Positions 12,519 to 21,566 of a DNA stretch of 64,000 bases are shown one piece after another. The position numbers were made by a program, and so were the translations under genes. Source of the DNA: Cyanophora paradoxa CCMP329. Lineage: Eukaryota > Plantae > Glaucophyta. The stretch covers positions 1 through 64,000 of the forward strand of contig QPMI01000181.1 of the NCBI GenBank assembly GCA_004431415.1, written 5' to 3'. Under the pieces are notes generated by a model that did not search any database, was not told the origin of the DNA, and worked only from the letters and a program-made list of their open reading frames with translations. Numbering within the stretch: position 1 is the stretch's first letter; every line of letters begins with the position of its first letter.

Positions 12519-12569
12519 AAAAAATGATTTAAGAGATAGAAAAATATATTTATATGTAACTAGTAAGAA

Positions 12570-12920
12570 ATGGCTGGAACAGATCATGATTCTGGATCGA
12601 TCTATATGATTGAGAGTCAGGAAATGAACAAAGTCTACATAGGAAGAACCTCACAGCCACTTCAAAAAAGATGGAGACAACACAAATCAGGTCAAATGCC
12701 ATCTACAGCAGACCTATGCAAGGCTTCTGATGTGAAGTTCTCAGTCCTGTATTCAAGTAAGAAGGGTGGGCATGAAGACCTAATGAACAGAGAAGCATAT
12801 TACATGTATCTCTTTGAACCTTGGATAGTCAATTTACAAAAACCGAAATCCCGATTTAGGATTAATAGGTTTTTGCGATTCCATTCAGAGGAAGCCAGTG
12901 GATCCATTAAAACATTTTAA
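12570..12920 (+). CDS. GIY-YIG endonuclease
   Basis: GSIYMI...VYIGRT...RWRQH...REAYY...N pattern. Confidence 0.8.
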   Translation: MAGTDHDSGSIYMIESQEMNKVYIGRTSQPLQKRWRQHKSGQMPSTADLCKASDVKFSVLYSSKKGGHEDLMNREAYYMYLFEPWIVNLQKPKSRFRINRFLRFHSEEASGSIKTF

Positions 12921-12980
12921 ATTGCGTTTAGAACATCCTAAAATAAAATATCCCCTTAGAATAGGAACAAGTTAGGAATA

Positions 12981-15900
12981 ATGCCCCGAATTACCAACAA
13001 ACTCATAAGGGAGAAGAAATGGGAACTCATGGGATTGCTGGGAACACTTTATGCAGCCCATGAAATTACAGAGGCTGAATATGACCGGGAAATAGATTTA
13101 ATTGCAAAGGGTAGACCCACTTTAGCCAGATTAACCAGAAAAGCAAATAACCTATATGATAAAATTGAAACCTTGGATGAACTGGATCGCCTAAGGCAAA
13201 TAGAACCTGAGGCAGAAGATGGAACAGCCATGAATGAATTATATCGCTGGCTCACTTACAGAGCCAGAAGGGAAGTTGTTGTAGATGTGATTGAATTCCT
13301 GGACAGAATTGCTACATCCCTTCCAAATCGATTAAAGCAGGGTTTAGATCAATTCAGGGCAATCAAGGTTCGCTTGTCTTTTATCTGCAAGTTCGTAAAA
13401 GTGAGCAATCCACAGGTTTGGATATCGAAATACATTTACAGTGATTACTTTGTATTAACCAGGTCGAGAAATATTCGAACTGAGCTGAATAAAGCAGCCC
13501 AAATGTGTCAGGAGCAGATGAATGTGGTTGATAGCTATCGCTTAGAAAGAATTGAAATACTCAGAGTGGCTATTATGAGTTATGCTCCAACTGGTGGATG
13601 CTTTCTACAAACCCCAGAGTGGATTGCTAGGAAGAGAGCCACAGTGAATATTCGAAATATTGATGATTCCTGCTTCGAAAATGCGATTTTAGCCTCGATT
13701 TACAGAAAATCTATTAACTCCCATAAGAGGAATGAGCTTTCCCAATATCGCAAATGGAAATACTCACCAATCGCTTACAATCCTCTTGCTCTGAATTTCG
13801 ATAACATCCCATTCCCTGTTGCCTGTGATGCTGAGATTATTGATAAATTCGAGGCTCAAAATGCAGGCATTAGCATTAATATATTCGGAATCGATGGAGA
13901 GGTTGTTTATCCCCTGCATCAATCCAGTAACCCAGGCAGAAAGCATAAGGTTAATCTCATGCTGATATTTGATGATGAAGGGAATGGTCATTATATTACA
14001 ATCATGTCCCTTTCAAGATTATTGAAAGTAAACCATGAAACATACAATGATCAGAAGTTACACTACTGTGACACATGCTTATCTCGATTCAGGTCTGAGG
14101 CTAAACTCACTGCTCATGTGGACTCAAATAGATGCATTGACTGGAGACTCTCAAAGGGAATCACCCCTAAACCTGAGACCACCATAGAGTTTGGACTGAA
14201 AAACCTCAGGAAAACTGTTTGGCTTCCTGTTGTGGTCTACTGCAAGATTGAACATAGAAGCATCCCCATTGATGCATCGAAATCCAAGAGGGAAGTTTCA
14301 GCAGTCAACCTTAGAGTAGTCACTGGGGAAGATGTTCAAGATTTTCGATTTGAGGGGCAGGATCCAATGGGAGGTCTCTTTGAATGCTTGGAGTCCAAAG
14401 CTAGAGAACTAATCGATTTCCTGTTCACCAATATTCCAATGAATGAACTCACAGATGAGCAAAAGGCTATTTACAGGGCTACTAAAAACTGTTACCTTTG
14501 CAGTGAGAGGTTCACTAAAGAAAATTTCAAATGCAGAGATCATGACCACCACACAGGTCATTACATTGCTCCTGCATGCAGAAACTGCAATCTCCATAGG
14601 AGAATCTCAAAGCAAACCAAAGTTGCAGTTGTTGTTGACCAAATGGATGACTGTGGGACATTCATTTTCAGAAAAATAGCAGGTTTGGGTGATAAAAAGC
14701 GAATCGAAATCCTTTCGAAAAACTTTGATCAATACCTTTCATTGCAATGGGGTCTTTACAAGTTCATTGATGCAAGCAATTTCATGGATTTCGGAGCTGC
14801 TGATGTGACTGAGTTAATGAACAAATTCCAAGCCTTCAGAAGGCTTTCACACTCAGTATATGGACTTGACCCAGTTCATTATGTATCTGCACCTGGGCTA
14901 TCTTGGGATGCTATGCTTAGGACCACCAAGGCAAAAATAGAACTCATCAGTGATGTAGAGCAATACGAATTTGTTGAGAGGGGAATCAGGGGTGGCTTTG
15001 CAACAATGCCCTGTAGGTATGCTGAGGCAGATGGTGAGAACTCCCATATAATGCTGTTTGATGCTAACAACTTGTATGGCTACTGTTTGAGTCAGCCAAT
15101 CCCAGTTGGTGATTTTAGATGGGAGACCGAATTCAACCCACAAGATAACAGATCCAGTTTCCTAGAAGTTGATCTGGATTACCCAATTAGGCTGTTTCTA
15201 GATCACAGTGATTTCCCCCTAATTATTAACAAGAAAATAGTAGAATATGCCGAATTATCACAATATCAAAAGAGCCTATTAGATCTTTCAGGAGAAGAGC
15301 TTGATAAGACCCCTAAGCTAACTGCAACCTTTGGTTCTGTGACAAACTATGTGATTTCTGAGCCTCTCCTACAGTATCTGTTGGACAAAGGGGTGAAATT
15401 AAAGAAGGTTCACAGGGTCCTATCATTTACTGTGGCTCCTGTCATGAAACCCTATATTGAGCTGAACACTGAGATGAGAAGGAAAGCAGTGAATAAATTC
15501 GAGGCTGATTTCTATAAGCTCATGAATAACTCAATCTATGGGAAATGCATTGAATCTTGCAGAGGTAGATCTGTGGTTAAGATTGCAAACAGTGAGAAAC
15601 TGTTTATGAAATATGCAGCCTCTCCATTGGTGAAATCAACAAGCCCCATAAACGAAAGAGCAGTTGCCTTTGAGTTTTACACAAAACATGTGAAGCTAGA
15701 TAAGCCTGTTGCTATTGGGGCTTATGTTTTGGATGCAGCCAAACTGCATAATTACCAGTTCTTCTATGATACTGTGAGGTCCCAATGGTCAAAAGCAAAG
15801 TTGCTATTCCATGATACTGATTCCTTCTGTCTATATATTGAATCTCACACCCTCCAAAAGGACCTGGGGAATATCTCTTATGCATTGGACCTTGGAGGTG

Positions 15901-16226
15901 ATTCAAGAATGACCCCAGGTAAATACAAAAATGAAATGCCAGGTTCTGCTATATTAGAATATGTGGGTCTGAGAGCCAAAGTTTACAGTTTCAGAACTGC
16001 TGAGATTGAGAGAAGTAAGCTCTCTGGGACTTCCACTGAGGAACTCCAATTTAATGATTTTAAGCAGTGTTTATTTGCAGGTATCAGCAAGACTGTGACT
16101 GCAAAGCAGAAAAGAAGGGCAGATCACACAATAGTAGACACTGTGAGTAGAAGGGTTGCCCTGAACTGCTTTGATGCAAAGAGATACATCTTACCAGATG
16201 GTATTAATTCTGTTCCTTTTAATTAA
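12981..16226 (+). CDS. polB: Maverick/Polinton-type family B DNA polymerase with Zn finger and endonuclease VII-like insert; exonuclease motifs degenerate
   Basis: DANNLYG, KLMNNSIYGK and FHDTDS polymerase motifs; CYLC...RDHDHHTG...ACRNCN Endo VII-like domain; CDTC...H zinc finger. Intact 1081-aa ORF. Confidence 0.92.
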   Translation: MPRITNKLIREKKWELMGLLGTLYAAHEITEAEYDREIDLIAKGRPTLARLTRKANNLYDKIETLDELDRLRQIEPEAEDGTAMNELYRWLTYRARREVVVDVIEFLDRIATSLPNRLKQGLDQFRAIKVRLSFICKFVKVSNPQVWISKYIYSDYFVLTRSRNIRTELNKAAQMCQEQMNVVDSYRLERIEILRVAIMSYAPTGGCFLQTPEWIARKRATVNIRNIDDSCFENAILASIYRKSINSHKRNELSQYRKWKYSPIAYNPLALNFDNIPFPVACDAEIIDKFEAQNAGISINIFGIDGEVVYPLHQSSNPGRKHKVNLMLIFDDEGNGHYITIMSLSRLLKVNHETYNDQKLHYCDTCLSRFRSEAKLTAHVDSNRCIDWRLSKGITPKPETTIEFGLKNLRKTVWLPVVVYCKIEHRSIPIDASKSKREVSAVNLRVVTGEDVQDFRFEGQDPMGGLFECLESKARELIDFLFTNIPMNELTDEQKAIYRATKNCYLCSERFTKENFKCRDHDHHTGHYIAPACRNCNLHRRISKQTKVAVVVDQMDDCGTFIFRKIAGLGDKKRIEILSKNFDQYLSLQWGLYKFIDASNFMDFGAADVTELMNKFQAFRRLSHSVYGLDPVHYVSAPGLSWDAMLRTTKAKIELISDVEQYEFVERGIRGGFATMPCRYAEADGENSHIMLFDANNLYGYCLSQPIPVGDFRWETEFNPQDNRSSFLEVDLDYPIRLFLDHSDFPLIINKKIVEYAELSQYQKSLLDLSGEELDKTPKLTATFGSVTNYVISEPLLQYLLDKGVKLKKVHRVLSFTVAPVMKPYIELNTEMRRKAVNKFEADFYKLMNNSIYGKCIESCRGRSVVKIANSEKLFMKYAASPLVKSTSPINERAVAFEFYTKHVKLDKPVAIGAYVLDAAKLHNYQFFYDTVRSQWSKAKLLFHDTDSFCLYIESHTLQKDLGNISYALDLGGDSRMTPGKYKNEMPGSAILEYVGLRAKVYSFRTAEIERSKLSGTSTEELQFNDFKQCLFAGISKTVTAKQKRRADHTIVDTVSRRVALNCFDAKRYILPDGINSVPFN

Positions 16227-16229
16227 GAG

Positions 16230-17615
16230 ATGCCAGCAACTGGAAGAATAGTTAGGAGAACCACTGAGCAACTGCAAGGTAACCTACTGCCTATCACAAT
16301 TCCAAAGGAGGAAAAGGGGGAATCTCGAATTGTTAAAAAGTCTGAAATGAAAGAGCTTGTCCCAGTAGAGATCCCAGTTGCCATTGCAGTGAAAGAAACT
16401 AGCAAGATTGCCAAGAGATTCTATGATGTGAGAACTGGTTACAAAGGGCTTCAAGCTATGAGGGCTGAGTTACCTGATGAATCCTATAAGCAGTTGCAAG
16501 AGTTCTATAAAAAACAAGAAGTTGTTCAGATCAATGCACCTGCTATATCTAGGAAGAGAGATCCCATGGTCCCAATTAGGCAACCCCTTGATACCTATGT
16601 GATTGATTTGCTCTTTTTCCCAGCTTATAAGAAACAAAACAATGGCTATGATACATTTATGACTGCAATGGAATCAACACTGAGAACTGGGTATATTATA
16701 CCTATAAGAGATAAATCAGCTCTCACTACATTGGCTGCATTTAAACAGCTTGAGATGAGAGTGGCAAGACCAATAGTAAAGGTTCAATCAGATGCTGGAA
16801 GTGAGTTCCAAAATCGAATATTCCAGGAGTATTTATCTAGTAAATTCATAGAACACCAAGTGAGTGGAACTGCTGACCACAGAAGCCAAGGTCGAATTGA
16901 AGCCTTTAACAAGCAGATTAAGAGACTGATCACAAACTACTGCATAGCTAATAACACAGCTAGATTCTTTGATGTGTTAGGTGATATTGAGTATAATTAC
17001 AATAATACAGTTCACTCAGCTACTAAGATGAAGCCAGGCGAAACTACAGAGGAGCATTATAGGTATATAGTGGGATTAGAAGATGAAAGATTCAAGAAAT
17101 CAATAGCTTACCTTGATACCATGCAGCCTGGCATGTTTGTTAGAGTGAAAGTTGAGAAGAACCCCTTTGCTAAACAGGGTAACAATTGGTCTAGGATGGT
17201 TTACACTGTTGATAGTAGGGAAGGCTTTAAATTTAAGCTAAGGAGTCCCACTGGAGAGATCATAGATAACAGGTTTGCTTTCCATGAGCTGTTGCCTGTG
17301 AATGCAGTTGAGTATCTAGAAACACCTACAGTGGATGCCTTGGAGCAAGCTAAAGAGGAAGCTAGGGTTGATGCTGCTATAAGGAGAGAGGGCATAGAAG
17401 CTGCTAATGAAGTCCCAGATAAGCCTTTGATAGAGGCTAGAAAGGAGAAGGCTGGGAAAGTTAACAGGGAACTCAAAAAGCTCACCATAGCAGGGACACA
17501 GAAACTTTCAGAAGTGAATAGCCAGAGATGGTATAATGACTTTCAGACTACTAAGGAGTCATATACAGCTCCTAAACCTCAAAGAACACTAAGAGAAAGG
17601 ACCAAAACTAGCTAG
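16230..17615 (+). CDS. Retroviral-type (rve) DDE integrase
   Basis: YVIDL, QSDAGSEF and GRIEAFNK (D-D-E); YNNTVHSAT; Polinton-like C-terminal VRV...WS...Y.V...ELL. Confidence 0.93.
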   Translation: MPATGRIVRRTTEQLQGNLLPITIPKEEKGESRIVKKSEMKELVPVEIPVAIAVKETSKIAKRFYDVRTGYKGLQAMRAELPDESYKQLQEFYKKQEVVQINAPAISRKRDPMVPIRQPLDTYVIDLLFFPAYKKQNNGYDTFMTAMESTLRTGYIIPIRDKSALTTLAAFKQLEMRVARPIVKVQSDAGSEFQNRIFQEYLSSKFIEHQVSGTADHRSQGRIEAFNKQIKRLITNYCIANNTARFFDVLGDIEYNYNNTVHSATKMKPGETTEEHYRYIVGLEDERFKKSIAYLDTMQPGMFVRVKVEKNPFAKQGNNWSRMVYTVDSREGFKFKLRSPTGEIIDNRFAFHELLPVNAVEYLETPTVDALEQAKEEARVDAAIRREGIEAANEVPDKPLIEARKEKAGKVNRELKKLTIAGTQKLSEVNSQRWYNDFQTTKESYTAPKPQRTLRERTKTS

Positions 17616-17841
17616 TTTGCTAGGCAAAAACTCGTTTTTTCCAAATATATGTATGACTGATATACATATATGCATATGATATACACATAGTCTTGTAGAT
17701 CTTATCAAGCGCTTCACAGCGATATGCAGAACGTTGCGTTTTGATGATCTGGTGATGAGATATAACAGTTTGAAGATGCAAAAGTCACTTGCCATAGTAG
17801 ACTTGGTGAAAGACTAGCCCAGGAGTCGACTCGACGGTAAG

Positions 17842-17913
17842 CCGTTTTTGGCTCAGAGAATAGAGCGCTTGATTTCTGACTCCAACCTACGCGGTTCAAA
17901 TCCGCTCGGGAAC
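17842..17913 (+). ncRNA. Degenerate tRNA-like unit with RNA polymerase III A and B boxes
   Basis: TGGCTCAG with a GCTC/GAGC D-stem and GCGG-TTCAAAT-CCGC T-arm at canonical tRNA spacing. Acceptor and anticodon stems do not pair in register. T6 run at 17961. Confidence 0.45.
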
Positions 17914-18547
17914 CTTTACTTCGTTCGCCGTGAAACTTGAAAAGTAAAAACAAAACGCGGTTTTTTCTAGATTAATGCTGTACCCGTCTAGAAAATCAAT
18001 ATTCACGTTTGCTACGATATCTCAACACCAACTTATCAAATCGATGCGCTTAAAACGTCATAAAATCGAGCATTTCAAGGCGGTCACAGCGCTTATGAGC
18101 CATATCGGAATTTCACTAACTGTAACTCCAAATCGCGATGAAACCGATTTTGAATTTTGATTTTAAATTCGATTAAAATCCATTAAACGTGAGTTTTTAA
18201 TATAGATCACTAGGAAGTTATCAAATCGATGCACTGACGGTCGAATATAATCCCATATATCATACATAACAATAACTTGCAATCACATATACGAATCGCA
18301 ATGTGTATAGATCGCTATTACGATTAAAGCGAGTTTTGAAATTCAAAATTAATTCGATTAAATTCGATTATAACTCAAAAATCGCGATTTATAACCATAT
18401 ACTTATCGTTTCGATCAACTTATGATATCGAATATTCAACTATATTATATTGCTTCGATAACCGTGATTACATATGTGGAACCATCAATCTAACACTGCA
18501 TTTAGTAAGCATCTGCCCTAGATTCCCCCCATTACCCTATTATTTAA

Positions 18548-18982
18548 GTGGACTCAAGGTTGACTCATATTAATCGTAAAAGTAGTAAAAGTATATGGAT
18601 TTTGTTACGAATTCAATGCAAGGGTTGACTAAGTGGGTTGAGTTGACTCAAATTTCACAGGAAATATTTGGGACCTAAAGTTTTCTAAAAAGGATTTGAA
18701 AAAATGTGTCAACTCCCCCCACTTAGTCAACCCTGACCATAAACAGTAAGGATTTGAGCTAACATGTATCACAAAGTGAACATTTTGAGTCCACTTAGAA
18801 GATCCACTTTTGAAATCCAAGTTGATTTTGCTTGAAATTTCAAAGTTGATCTAAAAGTGAGTCCACCCTGATTGATTATGGTAACAAAGTTGACTAAGTT
18901 GACTAAGTTGAGTCATCTTAAGAAATTCAAAGAGACTAAGAGTTCAAAATGTTTATGAAAAGTGAGTCAACTTAGACCACTT
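18548..18982. repeat. Iteron-like GTTGACT repeats of element A, copy 2 (subterminal)
   Basis: Same arrangement as 12328-12518. Inverted repeat GGTTGACTAAGTGGGTTGAGTTGAC (18623-18647) vs GTCAACTCCCCCCACTTAGTCAACC (18708-18732), with more copies to 18982. Confidence 0.75.
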
Positions 18983-19029
18983 CTGATAACAAAGTTAAAT
19001 ATTTAATTGATTTAATCGGAAAAGAACAT

Positions 19030-19259
19030 GATTTAATCGAATTTATTGATATAATTCCGATTAGATTCATTTAGGATTCAATTAAGATCAATCGAAGTTA
19101 TTGATATAATTCCGATTAACTACAATTAAGATACAATATCGATTAATCGAGTTTATCGATATAACATCGATTAAATTAATTGAAAATGCATATAAAAATA
19201 CGAAAATTCATGTGAAAATTCAAATAAATTAATCGATTTTATTGATATAACATCGAATC
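19030..19259. repeat. AT-rich subterminal repeats GATATAA-N3-CGATT
   Basis: Four copies (gatataattccgatt x2, gatataacatcgatt, gatataacatcgaat). Confidence 0.6.
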
Positions 19260-19332
19260 ACACATATGAATATTCATATTTTAATCCTGAGGCGGAACGC
19301 CGAGGGATTAAAATATGAATATTCATATGTGT
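19260..19332. repeat. Terminal hairpin of element A (28-bp perfect stem, 17-nt GC-rich loop)
   Basis: ACACATATGAATATTCATATTTTAATCC (19260-19287) is the exact reverse complement of 19305-19332. Confidence 0.92.
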
Positions 19333-20082
19333 TTCTTTAAACTCATGAACAATGCAATTTACGGTAAATGCTTGGAATCTTGCAGGGGTCGCTCAACTGT
19401 CAAGATCGCTAACAGTGAGAAACTCTGTAAGAAATACGCAGCAAGTCCGCTTATCAAAGCGACCAATGTATTAAACGAGAATGCCGTTGCCTTTGAGATG
19501 TATTCGAAGCATGTGAACTTAGATAAACCCGTAGCAATTGGCGCTTTCGTTTTGGATTTTGCGAAACTACATAACTATCGGTTCTTCTATGATGTAGTAA
19601 GGAAGAAGTGGGAAACCGCTAAATTACTGTTCCACGATACCGATTCGTTCTGTCTTTTCCTGAAAACCAATAATCTGAACGAAGATATGAAAGAGATAGG
19701 TGAGTATCTCGATAGGAGCAATTACGATAAATCCCATCCTCTCGTGAGTATCAAAAACCGCATGGTTCCAGGTAAATATAAAAATGAGTTCCCAAATGCA
19801 AAGATCATGGAGTATGTGGGTCTGAGATCGAAACTCTATGCTTTCAGAACTGAGACCAACGAAAGAGTAAAGATGTCGGGGACTTCCTCGAAAGAGGTTC
19901 ATTTTGATGATTTTAAGAGATGTCTGTTCGAAGGCATCATAAAAACAGTATCAGTAACAAACAAGCGAAGGCAAGACCACAACTTATATGACTTGGAGAG
20001 CAGAAGGGTCGCTCTAAACCAACTCGATAGCAAACGGAAGATATCAGCCGACGGCATTCACAGCATTCCATTTGGTCTTTAA
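19333..20082 (+). pseudogene. polB: 3' fragment of element B polB, interrupted by element A
   Basis: FFKLMNNAIYGK...FHDTDS...YVGLRSKLY, collinear with the C-terminus of ORF 12981. Homology starts at the hairpin end. Confidence 0.9.
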
Positions 20083-20267
20083 TATACTTGCTCAATACTT
20101 CTCTTTTTATTTTTTCGATCTCCAAGTAGCAGCAAACCACGGATCAGATGCAGCAACCATATGCACCTTAAACCGGGGTCATTTGGATCGATCGCAAAGT
20201 AGTTTGGTTTCGGGTGTTCTGTCCAAACCGGCTCGTCCATTATTAATATATTGAAAATAAAGTAAAG

Positions 20268-21566
20268 ATGCCCTCAGCACAGATAGGATTGCGACCCATT
20301 CCTAAAATCGTAAAGAAGAGCATGAAAGAAGACCAAGGGAACATGCTACCGATAACCATTCCGGTCGAAGAGAAGAACACACGAATCTTAAAGAAGTCGG
20401 AGATGGTTAAACAACTGATCCCGGAGGCATTGCCTACTGAGACTGTAACGAAAGAATCGAAGATCGCGAAGAAGTTTTACGATCCGCGCACAGGTTACAA
20501 AGGTTTCGGGGCAATGAGAAAGGAACTACCAGAGGAAGACTACAAGAAGATGAGAGAATGGTATGATAAACAGGAAGTCGTTCAGATAAACGCACCGACC
20601 CTTTCAAGAAAGAGAGATCCGATGATTCCGATTCGGCAACCTCTCGATACCTACGTAATCGATCTGCTCTTCTTCCCAGCATACAAGAACCAAAACGACG
20701 GATACGATACGTTCATGTCCGCGATGGAATCTACCTTACGCACGGGTTACATCATTCCGATGAGAGATAAGAGCGCTCTTACGGCGCTTGCGGCGTTTGA
20801 ACAGCTACAACGAAGAGTTCCTCGACCTATCGCACGCGTTCAGAGTGACAGCGGAAGCGAGTTCACAAATAACATGTTCACGAATTACCTTGCTAAGAAG
20901 TTCATAGACCATCAGATAAGCGATGTCGCAGATCATCGAAGCCAAGGTAGAATCGAAGCGTTTAACAAGCAGATCAAACGATTGATCACGAACTATTGCA
21001 TAGCAAACAACACAGCGCGATTCTTCGATGTATTGGGAGACATTGAGTATAACTATAATAATACCATCCACTCAGCAACCAAGAGAAAACCAGCAGAAAC
21101 GACGGAAGATCATTACCGTGAGATTATCGGATTAGAAGATGAGAGGTTCAAGAAGTCGATTGCTTACTTGGATGGTATCAAACAGGGTATGTTTGTGAGA
21201 GTGAGAATAGAAAAGAACCCATTCGCTAAACAAGGTGTCAATTGGTCACGAATCGTCTATACTGTCGAAGGGCGCGAAGGTTTCAAGTTTCGGTTGCGAA
21301 ACCCGAACGGCGAAATGGTCGAAGGGAGGTTTGCTTTTCATGAACTGTTACCTATCAAAGGTGTTGAGTATCACGAAGCGCCCACAGTGGATGCACTCGA
21401 ACAAGCGAAAGAAGAAGCCCGGGTCGATTCGGCGATTCGCAAGGAAGGCATCGGAAAAGCGGATGATGTTCCAGAAGAACCGCTATTACAAGCCAGATTA
21501 AAGAAAAAAAATAAAATTACAAGAGAATTAAAGAAACTTGCAATAAATGGAACTGAAAAACTCTAA
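20268..21566 (+). CDS. rve DDE integrase of element B
   Basis: YVIDL, QSDSGSEF and GRIEAFNK; long stretches identical to ORF 16230. Confidence 0.93.
   Translation: MPSAQIGLRPIPKIVKKSMKEDQGNMLPITIPVEEKNTRILKKSEMVKQLIPEALPTETVTKESKIAKKFYDPRTGYKGFGAMRKELPEEDYKKMREWYDKQEVVQINAPTLSRKRDPMIPIRQPLDTYVIDLLFFPAYKNQNDGYDTFMSAMESTLRTGYIIPMRDKSALTALAAFEQLQRRVPRPIARVQSDSGSEFTNNMFTNYLAKKFIDHQISDVADHRSQGRIEAFNKQIKRLITNYCIANNTARFFDVLGDIEYNYNNTIHSATKRKPAETTEDHYREIIGLEDERFKKSIAYLDGIKQGMFVRVRIEKNPFAKQGVNWSRIVYTVEGREGFKFRLRNPNGEMVEGRFAFHELLPIKGVEYHEAPTVDALEQAKEEARVDSAIRKEGIGKADDVPEEPLLQARLKKKNKITRELKKLAINGTEKL

Larger units (their letters stand above)
1..19332. mobile_element. Endogenous Maverick/Polinton-like virus, element A (left end outside window), inserted in polB of element B
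   Basis: AT-rich, intronless block with capsid, A32 ATPase, primase-helicase, pPolB and rve integrase genes. It ends at a 28-bp hairpin (...ATGTGT 19332), directly followed by the middle of another polB reading frame. Confidence 0.9.

Noticed and set aside
17842-17913. Functional tRNA-Arg(TCT)
   Set aside because: Anticodon and acceptor stems do not pair in register and the D-loop lacks GG; kept only as tRNA-like.
19315-19332. MNIHMC as the real start of a 255-aa polymerase gene
   Set aside because: These codons come from element A's hairpin arm; polB homology begins at 19333.
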